From: Felis catus
Lineage: Eukaryota
DNA length: 64,000 nt
Assembly: GCF_018350175.1 (NCBI RefSeq)
Contig: NC_058368.1
Location: 8,432,001 to 8,496,000 of the forward strand
Reading direction: 5' to 3'
Position 1 is the stretch's first letter, and each line of letters begins with the position of its first letter. Shown piece after piece: positions 24,922 to 38,530 of the stretch. Made by a program: the position numbers and the translations under genes. Under the pieces are notes generated by a model that saw only the letters and a list, made by a program, of their open reading frames with translations, did no database searches and was not told where the DNA came from.

Positions 24922-25253
24922 AGGCTTCTACAACATAATGGGTGGCCTAAACAACATTTATTGTCTCACAGTCCGGAGGCTGAGAAGCCCAAGATCAAGG
25001 TGCCAGTAGTTTCAGTTCCCTGGTGAGGGCTCTCTTCTTGGGTTGGAGAGGGCCACCTTCTTACTGTGTCTTTCTATGGTAGCCTCTGGTCTCTTCTTCT
25101 TATAAGGACATTAACCCCGTCATGGAGGCCCCACCCTCATGACTTCATCTAGACCTAGTTACCCCCCCTCCAAAGACCCCACCTCCAAATACCATCACAT
25201 TGGGATTAGGGCGTCAACATATGAATTTTGGGGGGACGCATTTAGTGCATACG
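24922..25253 (-). mobile_element. MaLR solo LTR (MLT1A-like)
   Basis: ctcacagtccggaggctgagaagcccaagatcaaggtgcc...ccacctccaaataccatcacattgggattaggg...atatgaattttggggg; antisense to the 3824-4189 copy. Confidence 0.85.
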
Positions 25254-25508
25254 TTGCTTAGCTCTCTTAGTTCCTTCATTTTCTCATTGGTAAAACAAGA
25301 GTTATAATAGTGCCTATTTCATACTGTTGTCTTTAGGGTCAGGTAGATAATGTATTTAGTGTGCTCAGAGTGGTTCGTAATTAGCGGCTAAATTCATTTG
25401 ACAAACACTTGCCAAGTTTCTAATAATGTGCCTGGCATGGGGCTAGTCATGGAGACACAGAAATAAATAAGACAGAGTGAACTCCTGGAGGCCTCCGTCT
25501 AGCTGTAT

Positions 25509-25700
25509 GTGCTGTCCAACGTGGAAACTACTATCCAGATATGGCGATTCAGATTAAAATGAAATTACATTAGAAGTTCGATTTCTCAGTTGTACTAGCT
25601 ACATTTCAAGCGCTTTTGTAGCCATACGTGGCTACTGGCTACCATATTAGCACAGATAGGAACATTTCCACCATTGCAGAAAGTTCTGCTGAATGGTGTG
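25509..25700 (-). mobile_element. hAT MITE (MER3-like)
   Basis: gtgctgtccaac...ctagctacatttcaagcgct...gtggctactggctaccatatt...ggaacatttccaccattgcagaaagttct. Confidence 0.8.
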
Positions 25701-26749
25701 GACAGAGCAGGTCAGCGTATGGTGATAGAAGTGGCTACTGACAGGTGTTCTGGTAGAGGCGAGGTGAGCCGTTTTGAAAAATGATTTTCAGGTGGAAGAA
25801 CCGGGAGAAGGCCACTCTGTACAGTGAAAGCACAAAGTCACGGGGCTTCGAGAGACCTTTGACTCGCCTGGAGATCCGAAGTAGTCCAGGGTGCCAGGAA
25901 CACAGAGTGCAAAGGGTGGTGGCTTGGAGATGTGGCAGGAAAAGAAGGTACAGACTCAGTTCTGAAGGGTGGGGAGGACACCCAGTCAGGAGTTTTTCTA
26001 CAGGACACTTAGGAGCGCTCTATCTGTTACTTCGCTTACGTCTTGAGAGTTACTGTTTCTTTTATCAATTTACCTAACAAAAATAAAACTGTCCTATTGA
26101 GAAAAAGTACTCTTCCTAGTCTTTCTTTTTTCTTTCTTTCTCTTTTTAAAAACATGGTGGCAGTAAATTTTTCTGTTGGCAAGTCTGTGCTGCTTTTTCT
26201 TTGTCGTTTCTAAGCAAACAAAGTGTCCCTTCTAGAGACTGAGATATTTTTAATTGTGTTTTATTTTTGTTTTCCTGTGGTTTTATTTTTTTTAGTTTTA
26301 AATATAAAATGGTGTCAAATAATTTTTGTGTATCTGGAATAGGGCGTCTATTACATACATACGTCTATGTTTTATATACATACATAGATATTATGTATCC
26401 AAATAAGCTTATATATATGATAAGGATATATAAATACATATATAAATACATATGCATACATACATATTATGTATATACATTTGTGTTACTTATGCATATA
26501 AATGCTAGCCTAGTACTCCCTACACCATTTATTAAATAATGTTTCCCTTCTCGGTGATGGATTCTTTGTCATGTATCACATTTTTGTGTATAATGAGGTT
26601 TATTTCTGAGTTATTCTGTTCTATTACTCTTTCTTGTGTCAGTGTAACATTATTTATGCCACAAAATTTATTAAATATCTGTGTGTATAAATGAAAAATC
26701 ATGATCATTTAGTTTCTCTTTCTACGTTTGTTTGAAAATTGAAACTCAT

Positions 26750-28244
26750 CTAAAATATATTAAAGACTTGAATTTAAGAACTGAAACCATAAAACTCTTT
26801 TTTTGAGAGACAGAGTACGCACGTGCATGTGCATGAGCAGGGGAGGGACGGACAGAGAGAGGGGAGGACAGAGGATCCGAAGTGGGCTCTGCGCTGGCAG
26901 CAGAGACCCCAGTGCGGGGCTCGAACCCACAAACTGCCAGATAATGACCTGAGCCAAAGTCAGACACTTAACCAGCTGAGCCACTCAGGTGCCCCTGAAA
27001 CCATAAGACTCTTAGAAGAAAACATATGCAGTTAGCTTTTTGACATCGGCCTTAGCAAAGGAAGCCATCCATAAAGTGAAAAGGCAGCCTACTGAATGGG
27101 AGAAAATAATTTGCAAATCATTTATCTGATAAGGGGCGAATATGCAAAATACATACAGGGCTCATCCAACTCAACAGTGAAACTACAAACAATCCAGGTA
27201 AAAAATGGGCACAAGATCTGAAAAGACATTTTTTTCAAAGGAGACCTATAGATGGCCAACAGGTACATGAAAAGACAGTCAACATCACTAATCCTCAAAG
27301 TAATGCAAATCAAAACCACAATGAGATATATCACCTCACTCCTGTCAGGATGGTTATAATCAAAAAAGGCAAGAAATAACAAGTGTTGGTAAGGATGTGG
27401 AGAAGAAGGAACCTTTGTGCACTGTTGGTGGGAACACAAACTGATGGAGCCACTGTGGAAGATGTAATGGAGGTTCCTCAAAAAATTAAAAATAGAATTA
27501 CCATATGATCCAGTAATATCACTTTTCAGGATATAGCTGAAGAAAACAGTCACGCTAACTTGTGAAGATATATGCATTCCCATATTTATTGCAACATGAT
27601 TTACAATTATTTATAAGATACAGAGGTAACAAGAGTCCTTTGTAGGTGAATGGATTAAGAAGGTGTGTGGTTTATATACATGTATGCATATATATATGTA
27701 TATATATATGTATACATATATGTGTGTGTATATATATGTATGTATACATATGTATGTATATGTGTATTATATAGTATACCACACACACAAACACACACAA
27801 TGGGATATTATTCAGCCATAAAAAAGAATGAGATCTTGTCATTTGCAACAGTGTAGATGGATCTTGAGGCCATTTTGCTAAGTGAAATAAATCAAAGACA
27901 ATACCAGATGATTTCACTTATGTGGAACCTAAAAAACAAAAGAAATAAAAACCAGACTCATAGACCCAGAGAACAGACTGATGATTATGAGAAGAGAGAA
28001 AGGCTGAGGGGGTGGGCGAAATGGGTACAGAGGGTCGGAAGCACCAACTTCCACTTACATAACTAAGTCATGGTGGTATAACGCACAGCATGGAGAATCA
28101 GACGATATATTACCTTTGCATGGTGACAGATGGTAACTGGACCTAAGGTGGTCATTTTGCAGTGGGTATAAATGTAATGGGTATAAATCCCTAGGTTGGA
28201 TACCTGAAACTAATATTGTATGTCAATTACACTTCAATAAAAAA
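26750..28244 (+). mobile_element. 5'-truncated L1 (ORF2 C-terminus, 3'UTR, poly-A)
   Basis: Perfect 15-nt TSD aaaattgaaactcat at 26735-26749 and 28245-28259; typical L1 text gaatgggagaaaataatttgcaaatcat; contains a SINE and a TA/TG microsatellite. Confidence 0.95.
26800..26995 (-). mobile_element. Carnivore SINE inside L1
   Basis: TSD tgaaaccataa(a/g)actctt on both sides. Confidence 0.95.
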
Positions 28245-29049
28245 AAAATTGAAACTCATGATTACACAGCCCTAGTGACTGGTCTGAGCTGGCTACATCC
28301 TCAGCGTGTTCCTGCAGTCCACGCTGGCATGGTATTTACTATAAACTGCATTCACTTGTGGTATGTCGATCTTACAAAATGTGTCTGCTGGACCTTTGGT
28401 AAAAGCCAGCCGCACCTCATGGATGGTGATTCCTTGGGCGCATTTAGTGCACAGCTACAGAGAGTGGAGAGGATCTTCTGTAACTGTGTTATCCTTTGAG
28501 ATTCACGTTTGTATAGTTTACTGTCACCATGTTAACCTGCAGTGTCAGCTATACAGAAAAAGTTTTATTATTGACATTTTATCGATTGGAAGACTCAGTT
28601 AAAAATACCTGGCAGGTGGAGGGTGCTTTACACGAACTAGCCTAGCTAGAATTGCCCTCAGTGCTTTCCCTTCCCCTGGCATTTCTGTGCATGCCCCTGT
28701 ATGCGCACAGGCACATGCTGAGGAGTGGGGTTGAGGGGTGCAGAGGAATAGAGCTTGTGGAAGCTGTGGTAATCCACAAATGTAATTCTTCAGTGGGTCA
28801 TAAGGGGACCACGCCATGGGTCTTGAGGCGGGCGGCTTGAGCAGCATTCGAAGCATCCCTTAAACGTGGCCAATAGCAGCACCTGTTGAGTATCATGTGT
28901 CTACGGTGTGCCTTTGGGCAGGTCATTTACATAACGAGAAGATGTGTCCATGTTTTGGAGGTTGCTCTTAAGATTATTTTCTCTGTTAGAAATTCAGATA
29001 TTATCACTTAGTTTAAATGGAATAGCATTTACAAAAATTAGTCAACCGC

Positions 29050-29113
29050 TTTATTTTTTTTAAGTTTATTTATTTTGAGAGAGAAGTAGAACAGCACCTG
29101 TGAGCAGGGGATG

Positions 29114-29180
<67 letters not shown>

Positions 29181-29299
29181 TCCCAAACAAGCTCTGTGCT
29201 GAGCGCCCAACGCGGGGCTCGATGCCAAGAATGTGAGATCATGACCCGAGCCGAAATCAAGAGTCAGGTGCTTAACCAACTGAGCCACCCGGGTGCCCC
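29050..29299 (-). mobile_element. Carnivore SINE with (GA)n expansion
   Basis: ...aaccaactgagccacccgggtgcccc head; (GA)n ~29114-29175. Confidence 0.93.
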
Positions 29300-30368
29300 T
29301 CAACTGTTCTAAATTGTTGCCCTTCATTCATTTGACGTGAACGATTCCCAGGGGGAAATCGCTCTCATTCGTAGAGAGCTTTAGTGTTCTTAGAGCACCT
29401 TTCTCACCTTATCCTAGTCGATGCTTACAGCACACCTGTGAGGTGGGTATTAAAATTAAGTACGTTTTACAAGGGAGGAAACCCAGGTTGACAGGGAGTA
29501 AGAGGCATCCCCAAGCAAGAGTAGTTTCCCTTTCTTGCCCACCATATGTCTCAGATTTGTCAGAGTTGCCCCAGAGCTATTCCTCAGGGTTTTCTCTAAA
29601 ATGAAAGCAGACAGAATCACTGTAATTATAATGGTGACCCATCTGTTGCCATTATTCCTGTTTATAAAGATTGGTGATGTAACTGTATTTAAAATTGCCC
29701 CTTTGCGGACCGTATTTATTTTCATTAATGATTAGCGATTATGAATGCATTGCAAACACACAACTGTAGCGAACACTCCTTGGGACCCTTTATTCATATG
29801 GATGAGCTTTCCCTTAGATTCTGTCCTGGGGCCAGCCTCTTGAATTTGGTCATAAGTAGCCTTCCCATTGCTGTCTGCCCACGGGGAGGTGGCTTATTAG
29901 AGACGGCCGTGGAAAAGGGGCCCCGGGCCCATTTGAATCAGCTGCACGAAAGAGAACCCATGATTTTATAGATGAGGCTGCTCCATTTCCCGCCTTTAGA
30001 AAATTTCAGGCATTCACCACTTAATGTCACCACCTCTTACAGTGCAGAAGGGCTGCACTCACCATGTGGCTCTCACGAGGGCTCTTCTACGTGACTGAAT
30101 ATTCGTTTTGATGCTCTCATGTTGTGTAATGGTGGGATTTGCTTTTGGACTTTGCAAAGCGGGTCTCAAACGAAGATAGCTCAAAGTCCATGAATATGGA
30201 CATGTTTCTTTCATATCTTTGGTAAATATTGACTGAAAGGGTTTAGATCGTGCTTACAGTTAACTAAATTTAAAATACGCGTGCACACCATAACCGTGAA
30301 GGGAGATGCGTGGCTAGGGAAAAGGGAATAGAAACACATGGTAAAATCTCTCTCAGAGGGAGATCCTT

Positions 30369-30598
30369 GGGGCTCCTGGGTGGCTCAGTCAGTTAAGCTT
30401 CCAACTCTTGGTTTTGCCTCACAGTTATGATCTCACAGTTTGTGAGTTTGAGCCCCGTGTTTGGCTGCCTCACTCACAGTGTGGAGCCTGGTTGAGATTC
30501 TCTCTCTCTCACTCCCTCTCTCTCTGCCCCACCCCTGCTCACGCACAGGCATGCACTCCCTCTTAAAATAAATGAGCTTTAAAAAAATTTTTTTAAAA
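30369..30598 (+). mobile_element. Carnivore tRNA-SINE
   Basis: TSD agaggga(g/a)atcctt at 30355-30368 and 30599-30612. Confidence 0.95.
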
Positions 30599-31479
30599 AG
30601 AGGGAAATCCTTACTATTTTTCTTATTAGCATTTTCTGTTGGTCAAATGGTAAACAAAGCGACTCATAAATACACAGTAAGCGTCCCCCCTCGATGTGGC
30701 GGAACCACTGTGCCCCAATTAAATAGCTCTTTGGTGAAAATCTTGTTGATACTCAAGCCTGGCATTTTAGCCTTAGCCCAAGTAAACTTCCCCCGCCCCA
30801 AGCAGGACCTAGGAAATACTTTTGCCCTCCCAGATAATGGCTTCTCAACTAGCACCGGTTGGAATCGATAATTCTGTGATCTGATCTCTTTGTCTTTACT
30901 TTTTGCTTTCTGTGCTTTATTGACATTTCATTCCATCACTGCATTCTGAGATAACGAAAAGTCTCCCTGTGCTCATTTAGACCACTTACCTGATGGAGGT
31001 AGCTGGATTGCTCACCTACAAGGTCTGCGCCCAGATGGTTGGGTCGCGTTGGGATGATAGGTGAGCACTGGGTGAACTCAAAATTTTAGAAGGATTCGTG
31101 GAACAAGACAGTCTCTAAAAGAAACTGTATGAAGGAATTACCTATCTGAATTTTCACTTACAGGCTGTGGCAGGATCTTGCCAAGGTGCGTATTGTTTCT
31201 GAAGTAGGAAGAAACACCCGAGTGGGGTGTGGGCCTTGTGGATTCACATTCCCGGCAGGTCTCCAGCCGCTGCTCGTGTTGTTCTGCTGGTGTCGAAACC
31301 TTGAGAACTTGTGAACTGAACAACCCACTTAAGCGCTCAGTCCCCCCGTGTCAACTCTGCCCGGTAGGCTCAAAGTTTCCCACCTTGAGGAAGTTTTGTT
31401 AGAAGTTGGAGGTAAAGTGGCAGGCATGGGGACACAATGAGAGTAGCTGGTGCTACTGTTTCTGTGATAATTGCTAATG

Positions 31480-31930
31480 TTTTCCCTAAATACCAATCGT
31501 GTCAGGAAATATGTAAGTAACTACTGTGTGCCTCTGCTAGGGGCCTAATATGCTTAATGAAGGAGATGAATCGGATATCCCTGCCCTCAAGGCGCTTATA
31601 ATTTGGTGAATAAATAAAGTATGCAAGTGAAGTGCAGGATGTGGTCATCAGGATAATGGAGAGACGAGACTGTAGAGGGATTATTTTTAGCTGGGGGATT
31701 GGGAGAGCTTCGTGGAGGAACTGTATTGATGCTGGGCGTTAAGGAATGGCTGGGATTTCGACATGGCGCTGGGGGAGCAGGGCACTTCCGATGGGGATGG
31801 GGGGCGAGGGGAGAGATCCATGGGCCTGCTCAGACTGTGGTTTGGGTACAGAGGTTTGCCCTCAATTGGAGCATAGGACACAGAGATAAGATTAGATAGA
31901 TGGGCTGGACTCATTCTGGAATCTGTTGGA
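31480..31930 (-). mobile_element. L2 LINE 3' relic
   Basis: ctactgtgtgcctctgctagggg...ccctgccctcaaggcgcttataattt...ggagagcttcgtggagga. Confidence 0.6.
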
Positions 31931-32221
31931 TTCTTTCATTTGCTTTTTTAGCCCTGTGAACATTTGTAATTAAGTTTTGGAAAGCTCACAAGTATCATTA
32001 CCTTTCCTCAGCAGACTCTCTATTTCCTGAGCCTTATTAGTAAGGGGGGGGGGGTTGAGACAGCCCCCTCGGCCAGGTTTCTGCAAGATTACAGAATGTG
32101 GTTTAAGTCTTAATGTTTTGTTGAGAGGCAAGGTTGCTTTACCTTTCTGATTTGCCTTGACCCTGTGGGATGCCCTAAGGACTCTGGTCAGTGGAAACTA
32201 GGGACAGTCATCCCATGGTCT

Positions 32222-32429
32222 AAAGCAAGGATCAGTGCATTAGGGCCCATAGGCCAGTCTGGCTTACTATTGGTCTTTGTGTGGCCTGTTAACTAAGAAT
32301 GGTTTTACATTTTTAAATGGTTGGAAAAAAGATCAAAAGAATCATATGCTATGAGAAGTGAAAATTATATACAGTTCAAATTCCAGTGTCCATAAGTAAA
32401 GTTTTTAAAAAAAATTTTTAATGTTTATT

Positions 32430-32479
<50 letters not shown>

Positions 32480-32710
32480 CATGAGTGGGGGAGGGGCAGA
32501 GAGAGAGGGAGACACAGAATCCGAAGCAGGCTCCAGGCTCTGAGCTGTCAGCACAGAACCCAACGCAGGGCTCGAGATCATGACCCTGAGATCATGACTT
32601 GAACCGAAGTGAGACGCTCAACCAACTGAGCCACCCAGGCTCCCCAAAGAAGTGAAGTTTTATTGGAGTACAGCCAAGGTCATTTGTTTATATGTTGTCT
32701 ATGCCTGCTT
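32222..32710 (+). mobile_element. hAT MITE (MER58-like), interrupted by a SINE
   Basis: ctaagaatggttttacatttttaaatggttggaaaaaa...ttcaaattccagtgtccataagtaaagtttt [SINE] aagttttattggagtacagcca. Confidence 0.75.
32406..32645 (-). mobile_element. Felid SINE with (GA)n
   Basis: TSD aagt(a/g)aagtttt; head ...gagccacccaggctcccc. Confidence 0.93.
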
Positions 32711-32893
32711 TTAATTTATTTCTTATTTTAGAGATAGAGAGCAAGAGGAGACAGAGGGGAAAAGAGAATCCGAGGCAGGCTCTGTGCTCAGGGTGGAGCC
32801 TGACTCAGGGCTTGATCTCAAGATCCAGGAGATCATGACCTGAACTGAAATCAAGACTCAGCCACCTAACTGACTGAGCCACCCAGGCACCCA
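32709..32893 (-). mobile_element. Carnivore SINE
   Basis: atcatgacctgaactgaaatcaagact...gactgagccacccaggcaccc. Confidence 0.9.
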
Positions 32894-32894
32894 T

Positions 32895-33560
32895 CTTGTT
32901 AAAACACCAGTTGCTAGGCTCCACCCCCCAGAGATTTTAATTCCAGAGGGTAGGGCTCAAGAATTTGCATTTCTAGCAATTCCTAGGTGATGCTGCTGCT
33001 GCTGGTCCTGGGACCACCTCTGAGACCTGCTGGTCTAAAGCAGAAGCCACTTAAACTTTGACATGCTTGGGAATCACTTGGCGATATTGTTAAGATGCAG
33101 GTTTTGATTCATCAAGTCTAAGAGTCTGCATTTCTTTTTTTTGTTTGTTTTATATTTTTATTTTATTTTTTTAATATGAAATTTGTGGTCAAATTGGTTT
33201 CCATACAACACCCAGCGCTCATCCCAACAGGTGCCCTCCTCATCTATACACAATGGAATACTACGTGGCAATGAGAAGGAATGAAATATGGCCCTTTGTA
33301 GCAACGTGGATGGAACTGGAGAGGGTTATGCTAAGTGAAATAAGTCACACAGAGAAAGACAGATACCATATGGTTTCACTCTTATGTGGATCCTGAGAAA
33401 CTTAGAAGACCATGGGGGAGGGGAAGGGAAAAAAAAGAGAGGGAGGGAGCCAAACCATAAAAGACTCTTAAAAACTAAGAACAATCTGAGGATTTATGGG
33501 GGGTGGGAGGGAGGAGAGGGTAGGTGATGGGTCTGCATTTCCAATAGGCTCCAGGACTAG
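32895..33560 (-). mobile_element. Two adjacent MER5A-like hAT MITEs, the second split by an L1
   Basis: cttgttaaaacac...gaatttgcatttctagcaattcctaggtgatgctgctgctgctggtcc; second copy ends gagtctgcatttc|caataggctccagg. Confidence 0.7.
33135..33530 (-). mobile_element. Felid L1 3' end with 5' inversion (twin priming)
   Basis: Poly-T plus antisense tail 33135-33242, sense segment 33243-33530, TSD gtctgcatttc at 33124-33134 and 33531-33541. Confidence 0.92.
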
Positions 33561-35826
33561 TCTTGTATCACGCGTCCACCTCTCATACCCTGGGCAGGTG
33601 TGGCTGACTTGGTCCTGTTTTGGCTGGGATGTTGGTGGAGCCAAAGGAACAGACTTCTTTCAAGAGGGAGCAGCATTTATGTGAGTAGTCTGTGAGCAAC
33701 TATTTGGGGACATAGAATTAACTGGAGGCTACAGGATGGTAAGTGGAGAGATATGCTGGGGCTGTTTTTTCTGTTCATGGAGAATTTTAATTGCCTTTGA
33801 TGCCACGTATATAATCTCTGAATAAGCAATAATTAAAATACTTAACTAAATATGTTTCTTTATTGTGCTCGAGTTCACTCTCATTACCGGGGCTTGCATA
33901 CAGCTTAACATTACTTTATATGAGCATCCTGATGTGAGCCCTGAATTTGTTAATTAAAATTTCGCTGGAATTTAATGTTTCGGGTATTAAGCGATGTGGC
34001 TACAGAGGGACTGTCTGCTTCTTGAAAGGAGGGGGTGCTTTGAAGGCCTGGCACTCTGCCCCTAGGTGCCAAATACGTGCAACCAGGGAGGGAGTTAAAG
34101 ATCGGGGCTGGACTCTTGCTTCGGAATGCACAGGTCAGTGTTGATTTTATGGACAGGTAGCGTTGAGAAAAAAAAAAAATTGTGGATGTAATTTTATAAT
34201 TTCATTTTGATGAAGTACCAAAAAATTGCACATCCAACATGTTTGTGAGTGATGTATTCATTGAAAAGAGGAGTCTCCAAAGCATCCACCAAAGTTACAT
34301 GGGATCTTTTGGGTTTTGCCAAAAAAAAAAAAAAAAAAAAAAGAAAGAAAAATGTTTGTAACTGTTAATGAAAACAAATGAACAAATGAGTGAGATGTTA
34401 CTGTGGCCCCACAGCAGCCCTCTAGTAAAAAGCATTTTTTGAAGTACACTCTTAGTGTGTAAAGAATCTAGCCCATAGCACCCGTATCATCACCTCTCCC
34501 GTCCTGCCTGTGCTAGTTAATGGACATTTCAAGCGTTATATTTAAGGAACACGTGAGAAGTCCATTTTTTGTTTGATTTTGCTTTGCATATCCTTCATCA
34601 GAAAGGAGAATAGTAAATAATTGTATGCCACTCTTCCTTCAAGAAGGGTTTGGAGGGGATGTTTAGAACTCTAACCCATTAAATCTTTTTTAAAAAAATG
34701 GGATGGAGTTGGCTACACGGTTAAAGTTTTACACAGGATTTAAAGACACCTTCCTAATACTAATTTGTTGAGGACAACGGGAGAGAGAAACACATTATTG
34801 TTCTTGGCAGTTGTATGTTTCAGTGAGTTGGTTGAAATTATTGTTTATGCCTTAAGGGAACTTTTCTTTAGAAATTCAAACCGAATGTACAGGCCATCGT
34901 TTTCTTGTTTCAAGATAACGGTTCATTTTCACAGACTATGGATGCAAGGAAAATTATTGAGCATGATGTTAACTTGTTTTCATTAGCAGGAGAATTTTAC
35001 TGTACTCTGACCTCTAAACTCCTTCAGAGTGGGAACTTTGTGCCCAGATACTCACTAAAAGACTGTCTACTGACTTTTGTGACTTTACACATACCTCCAC
35101 ACAAATAATGTTACCTCCTGGTGGATAGGAATGTTTTCAGATGGTTCTAAATAACTTACATAATTTTAAAGGATCTCTCTATTTTAAGAAGGTAAGGCTC
35201 AGGTCAAAAGGTAGAAGTTACAGGGAGGCAATTTTTGGTTCTAGAGAGGAGGGAACTTTATAACTCGTCGGGGCTGTTCAAAAATAAAAGGGGCTGTCTT
35301 GTTAGATAGTGACGTTCCCTTCAATTAGAAGTGCTCAAGCAGATGGCAGGCACCTACCTGCCAGAGATTCTGTGGGTGGGATTCACTATTAGGTAGGAAA
35401 TTAGTCTTGTTGGCTTCTCAGACTTTTTTCCTCATTTCAATATTGTTTATTCCTATACATCTCATAAAATCGCTGCTTCCAATCTGTTTAAATGTCAGAG
35501 TAGGCTTTATAACTCCGTTGGCAACATATTTTAGAGCACTGTGGTGGACATGTAACACGTAACTTTCATCATGATAATGTCAGCCGTTGCTCGTTTCACA
35601 GGTGTTGGGGGAAGGAAAGGAACCAGCTTTTTCTGGGCCTGCGTACAGCTCTCTGTATTGTGACAGATGTCCACTCTCCACTGCCCTCGTTGGAGCTTTT
35701 GTATCATAAGCTCAGTGCGGAGTCCAAGTACAGATTGGGGCTCCTCCCCAACCACCCTGTTGTGCTATCAACTCTTAAATCTTAGGAGCTGCTCAACATG
35801 CCTGAGCTTCATTTTCTTTGTCACCT

Positions 35827-35830
<4 letters not shown>

Positions 35831-35878
<48 letters not shown>
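35831..35878. repeat. (GT)n microsatellite
   Basis: ~24 perfect GT units. Confidence 0.97.
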
Positions 35879-35881
<3 letters not shown>

Positions 35882-35999
35882 ATAGGATATAGAAGAACAC
35901 AGATGTAAGTAGTTGGATATATATGTTCAAAACTGTTTTTAATGATGAGAGCAACTTGTATGTGTATATATCCATATGATCATATGCACGTTGGGTGTT

Positions 36000-37460
36000 C
36001 TTTGGGATTTTTTTTTCTGTTTGTCCTTACTCTCCCTCCACCACCTCCATGGGTAATTAACCCATGTTAATTACCTGGTATGTATCATCCGGGGCTTTCC
36101 ACTATGCCCAGATAACCATATATGAACATACAAACATGCGAATATATGAGGATTTGGGACTAGTAGTTTCCTTTATTAACTTAATATAATATTTGACACA
36201 ATTTTCTTATTTAACAGAACCTCATAGAAGTACCTCCAATTCAACTAGGATGGCTCTATTTTTTCTTTTATAGCTGTATAATATTCCATGGTATAGACCC
36301 CAAATTACTTATTTAATAAACATTCATTTTGTTTCCTTCTTTTGTGACAAACATCATTTATATATCTATTCTTTTGCACTGTTTTTATTTTTAGGAAAAT
36401 GTTATAGTAGTTGGACTCTCATCAAAGTATATTTTTAGCAATAGATGCTGCTAGATTGCTTCTAGGATTTCTGTAACAATTTACACTGCCACCAGCAACT
36501 TAAAAGAGTGTCCTTTTCTTGACATTTCTGTTAGCAATAGGTGTTAATCTTCCCTGTAATTTTTGCTAGTCTGGTTCGAAAGAGTCTGAGTAGTTTTCCA
36601 TGTATTTGGTCTTTTGGATCTTGGCTTCTCTGCAAATTGCCTATTCACATCTTTTTGCACATTTTTCTATTGGATTATTTTCCTTTTTGTATCAGTTTCT
36701 AAGAGGGTTTCAAATAAAATTGATGTTAGAATTTAAAATGTTTATTGCAAATATTTTTTCCCAAATTTATTGTGTGTATCTAGACCTTGCTTATGATAGC
36801 TTTTGCTGTGCATGAGTTTTAAATTTTCATGTAGTAAAATATATCTTTTGTTTTATGTTTCTTTATTTTCTTGAATAAGAAGATCTCTGTGCATCTTTAG
36901 GTTATACACACTGTATCCTAGATTTTATTTTAAGAGTTTATTGCTTTATTTTTGGCATCTAGCCTTTACTTTATCTGTAATTTATTTTTATATGTGGTGC
37001 GAGAAATTTATTTTGTTCCAAACAGATAGTTGAGGGGCGCCCGGGTGGCTCAGTGTGTTAAGCATCTGGCTCTTGATTCCAGTTCAGGTCATGATCTCAG
37101 GATTTGTGAGATCAAGCCCCGCGTTGGGCCCTGCGCTGACAGCACAGAGCCTGTTTGGGATTCTCTCTCTCCCTCTCTCTCTCTCTCTGCCCCTCCCCTG
37201 ATCTCAGTCTCTTTCTCAAAATACATAAACATAATTTAGAAAACCCCAAATCGTTGAAAGTGCCAGTGCCGATTGTTAAAGTCCAAAAAGTATACTGAAG
37301 GGAAAGTTGAGACTTCTCTTACCAGACATTAAAACTATAAAGGCTATAAATAGCTTTTCTAATAAAAATCAGTGATAGGCAAATACACCGCTAGGACAGA
37401 ATGGAGACTCCAGAGATATTCCAGTATGTGTAAAATTTTAATATATGACAAATTTAAATT
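36000..37460 (-). mobile_element. Old L1M (L1ME-like) fragment; last ~180 bp in + orientation
   Basis: aatttacactgccaccagcaac...ttttgcacatttttctattggatt...ttgcaaatattttttccca; + strand ORF2-like piece at 37280-37460. Confidence 0.65.
37034..37245 (+). mobile_element. Carnivore tRNA-SINE
   Basis: ggggcgcccgggtggctcagtgtgttaag head, CT body, A-rich tail. Confidence 0.93.
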
Positions 37461-38339
37461 CTGTTGGTAAGGTGTTTAAGTTTTATCATTTTCTTAAAAT
37501 ATCAGAGAAAAAAAGGTAGAGTTTTCAGAGGATGTTCATCGTTACTAATTACACAGGTAAATTTTTATGTCATTTGCCAGTAAGTTCCATAGAAAAACGT
37601 AGAGCCTTTAGTCAAGAAATTCTCAGCGGCTTAAATGTGCTCCAGTGAACATGTTAGTGAAAATCGGCTTGTTTTCAGGCTTCACACCGTGAGCGCTGAC
37701 ACGTCTGAGTTAAGATCCCAGTGCGTCACTTTTCTATCTCAAAGCATTGCAGATGATACAGACTGCTCAAGTTTTCTGTGCTAAAAACAAAACAAAATCG
37801 TTGGCTTCCGTTAGTTTCTCCACCCGGGATTCTGTATTCCTGGAGCCTTTGATAGCATATCCTAAGCGAACACAACTAGACTGAATTAGGAGAGAGGATT
37901 TATTCATTTTGTTATTGTTGTATTCACAGTGACCCCTATGGGGGGTGTGGTCAGTTCTGAGAGTCTTGGGGTTGTAGGGTATCATGGTGGCCATTTCCTT
38001 GAAGACTGAAGATCCCATTTGAGTGGTGCCACGAAGCATAGGTATCGGTCTGAACGTGTAGATATTTGGGGCTTGGGGGAAATCACCCTTCCAGGGACAT
38101 GAATGATGGAAGCAGATGTGTATGTGGGATCCTGTGGTGGATCAGTTCTGTGAGGCTGGGGAGGGAGTGATCAGGTTAGAAGAAGTGATCAGAGTTGGGG
38201 ACTCCCGCATGAGACTGAGTTGGTTTCTCAAAGTTCACCTCGAGGGTGTTTGAAGTGGCATAATCCAGGAGTCTCTTCACAACCCTGACTTCACTTGTCA
38301 TGTGCTCTCTTGACTGGCCCTAAAACAGCCATCATTCAC

Positions 38340-38530
38340 TGAACAATGACAGGTGCCAGAATCCATTAGGCACTTTCTATACAAAAGCCCTGGAAAGTCC
38401 GTCAGTAGGTCCCGGTTTTACATGTGAGAAAATGGAGGTTGGAAAGACTGAATTTCCCAATGTCATGTGTATTCGCAGAGGTATGATTCAGACTCCGGTC
38501 TGCTTGGGTCCAAAGACTATGCTCTCTATG
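38340..38530 (-). mobile_element. MIR relic
   Basis: cccggttttacatgtgagaaaatggaggttggaaagactgaatttcccaatgtca...gattcagactccggtctg. Confidence 0.6.

Noticed and set aside
27122..27583. 153-aa hydrophobic ORF
   Set aside because: Antisense reading of L1 ORF2/3' region, a common artefact.
34970..35197. Acceptor cattagcAG with downstream donor AAG|gtaagg
   Set aside because: The ~200-nt interval is AT-rich, the frame shown in the ORF track stops at 35108, and no peptide is recognisable.
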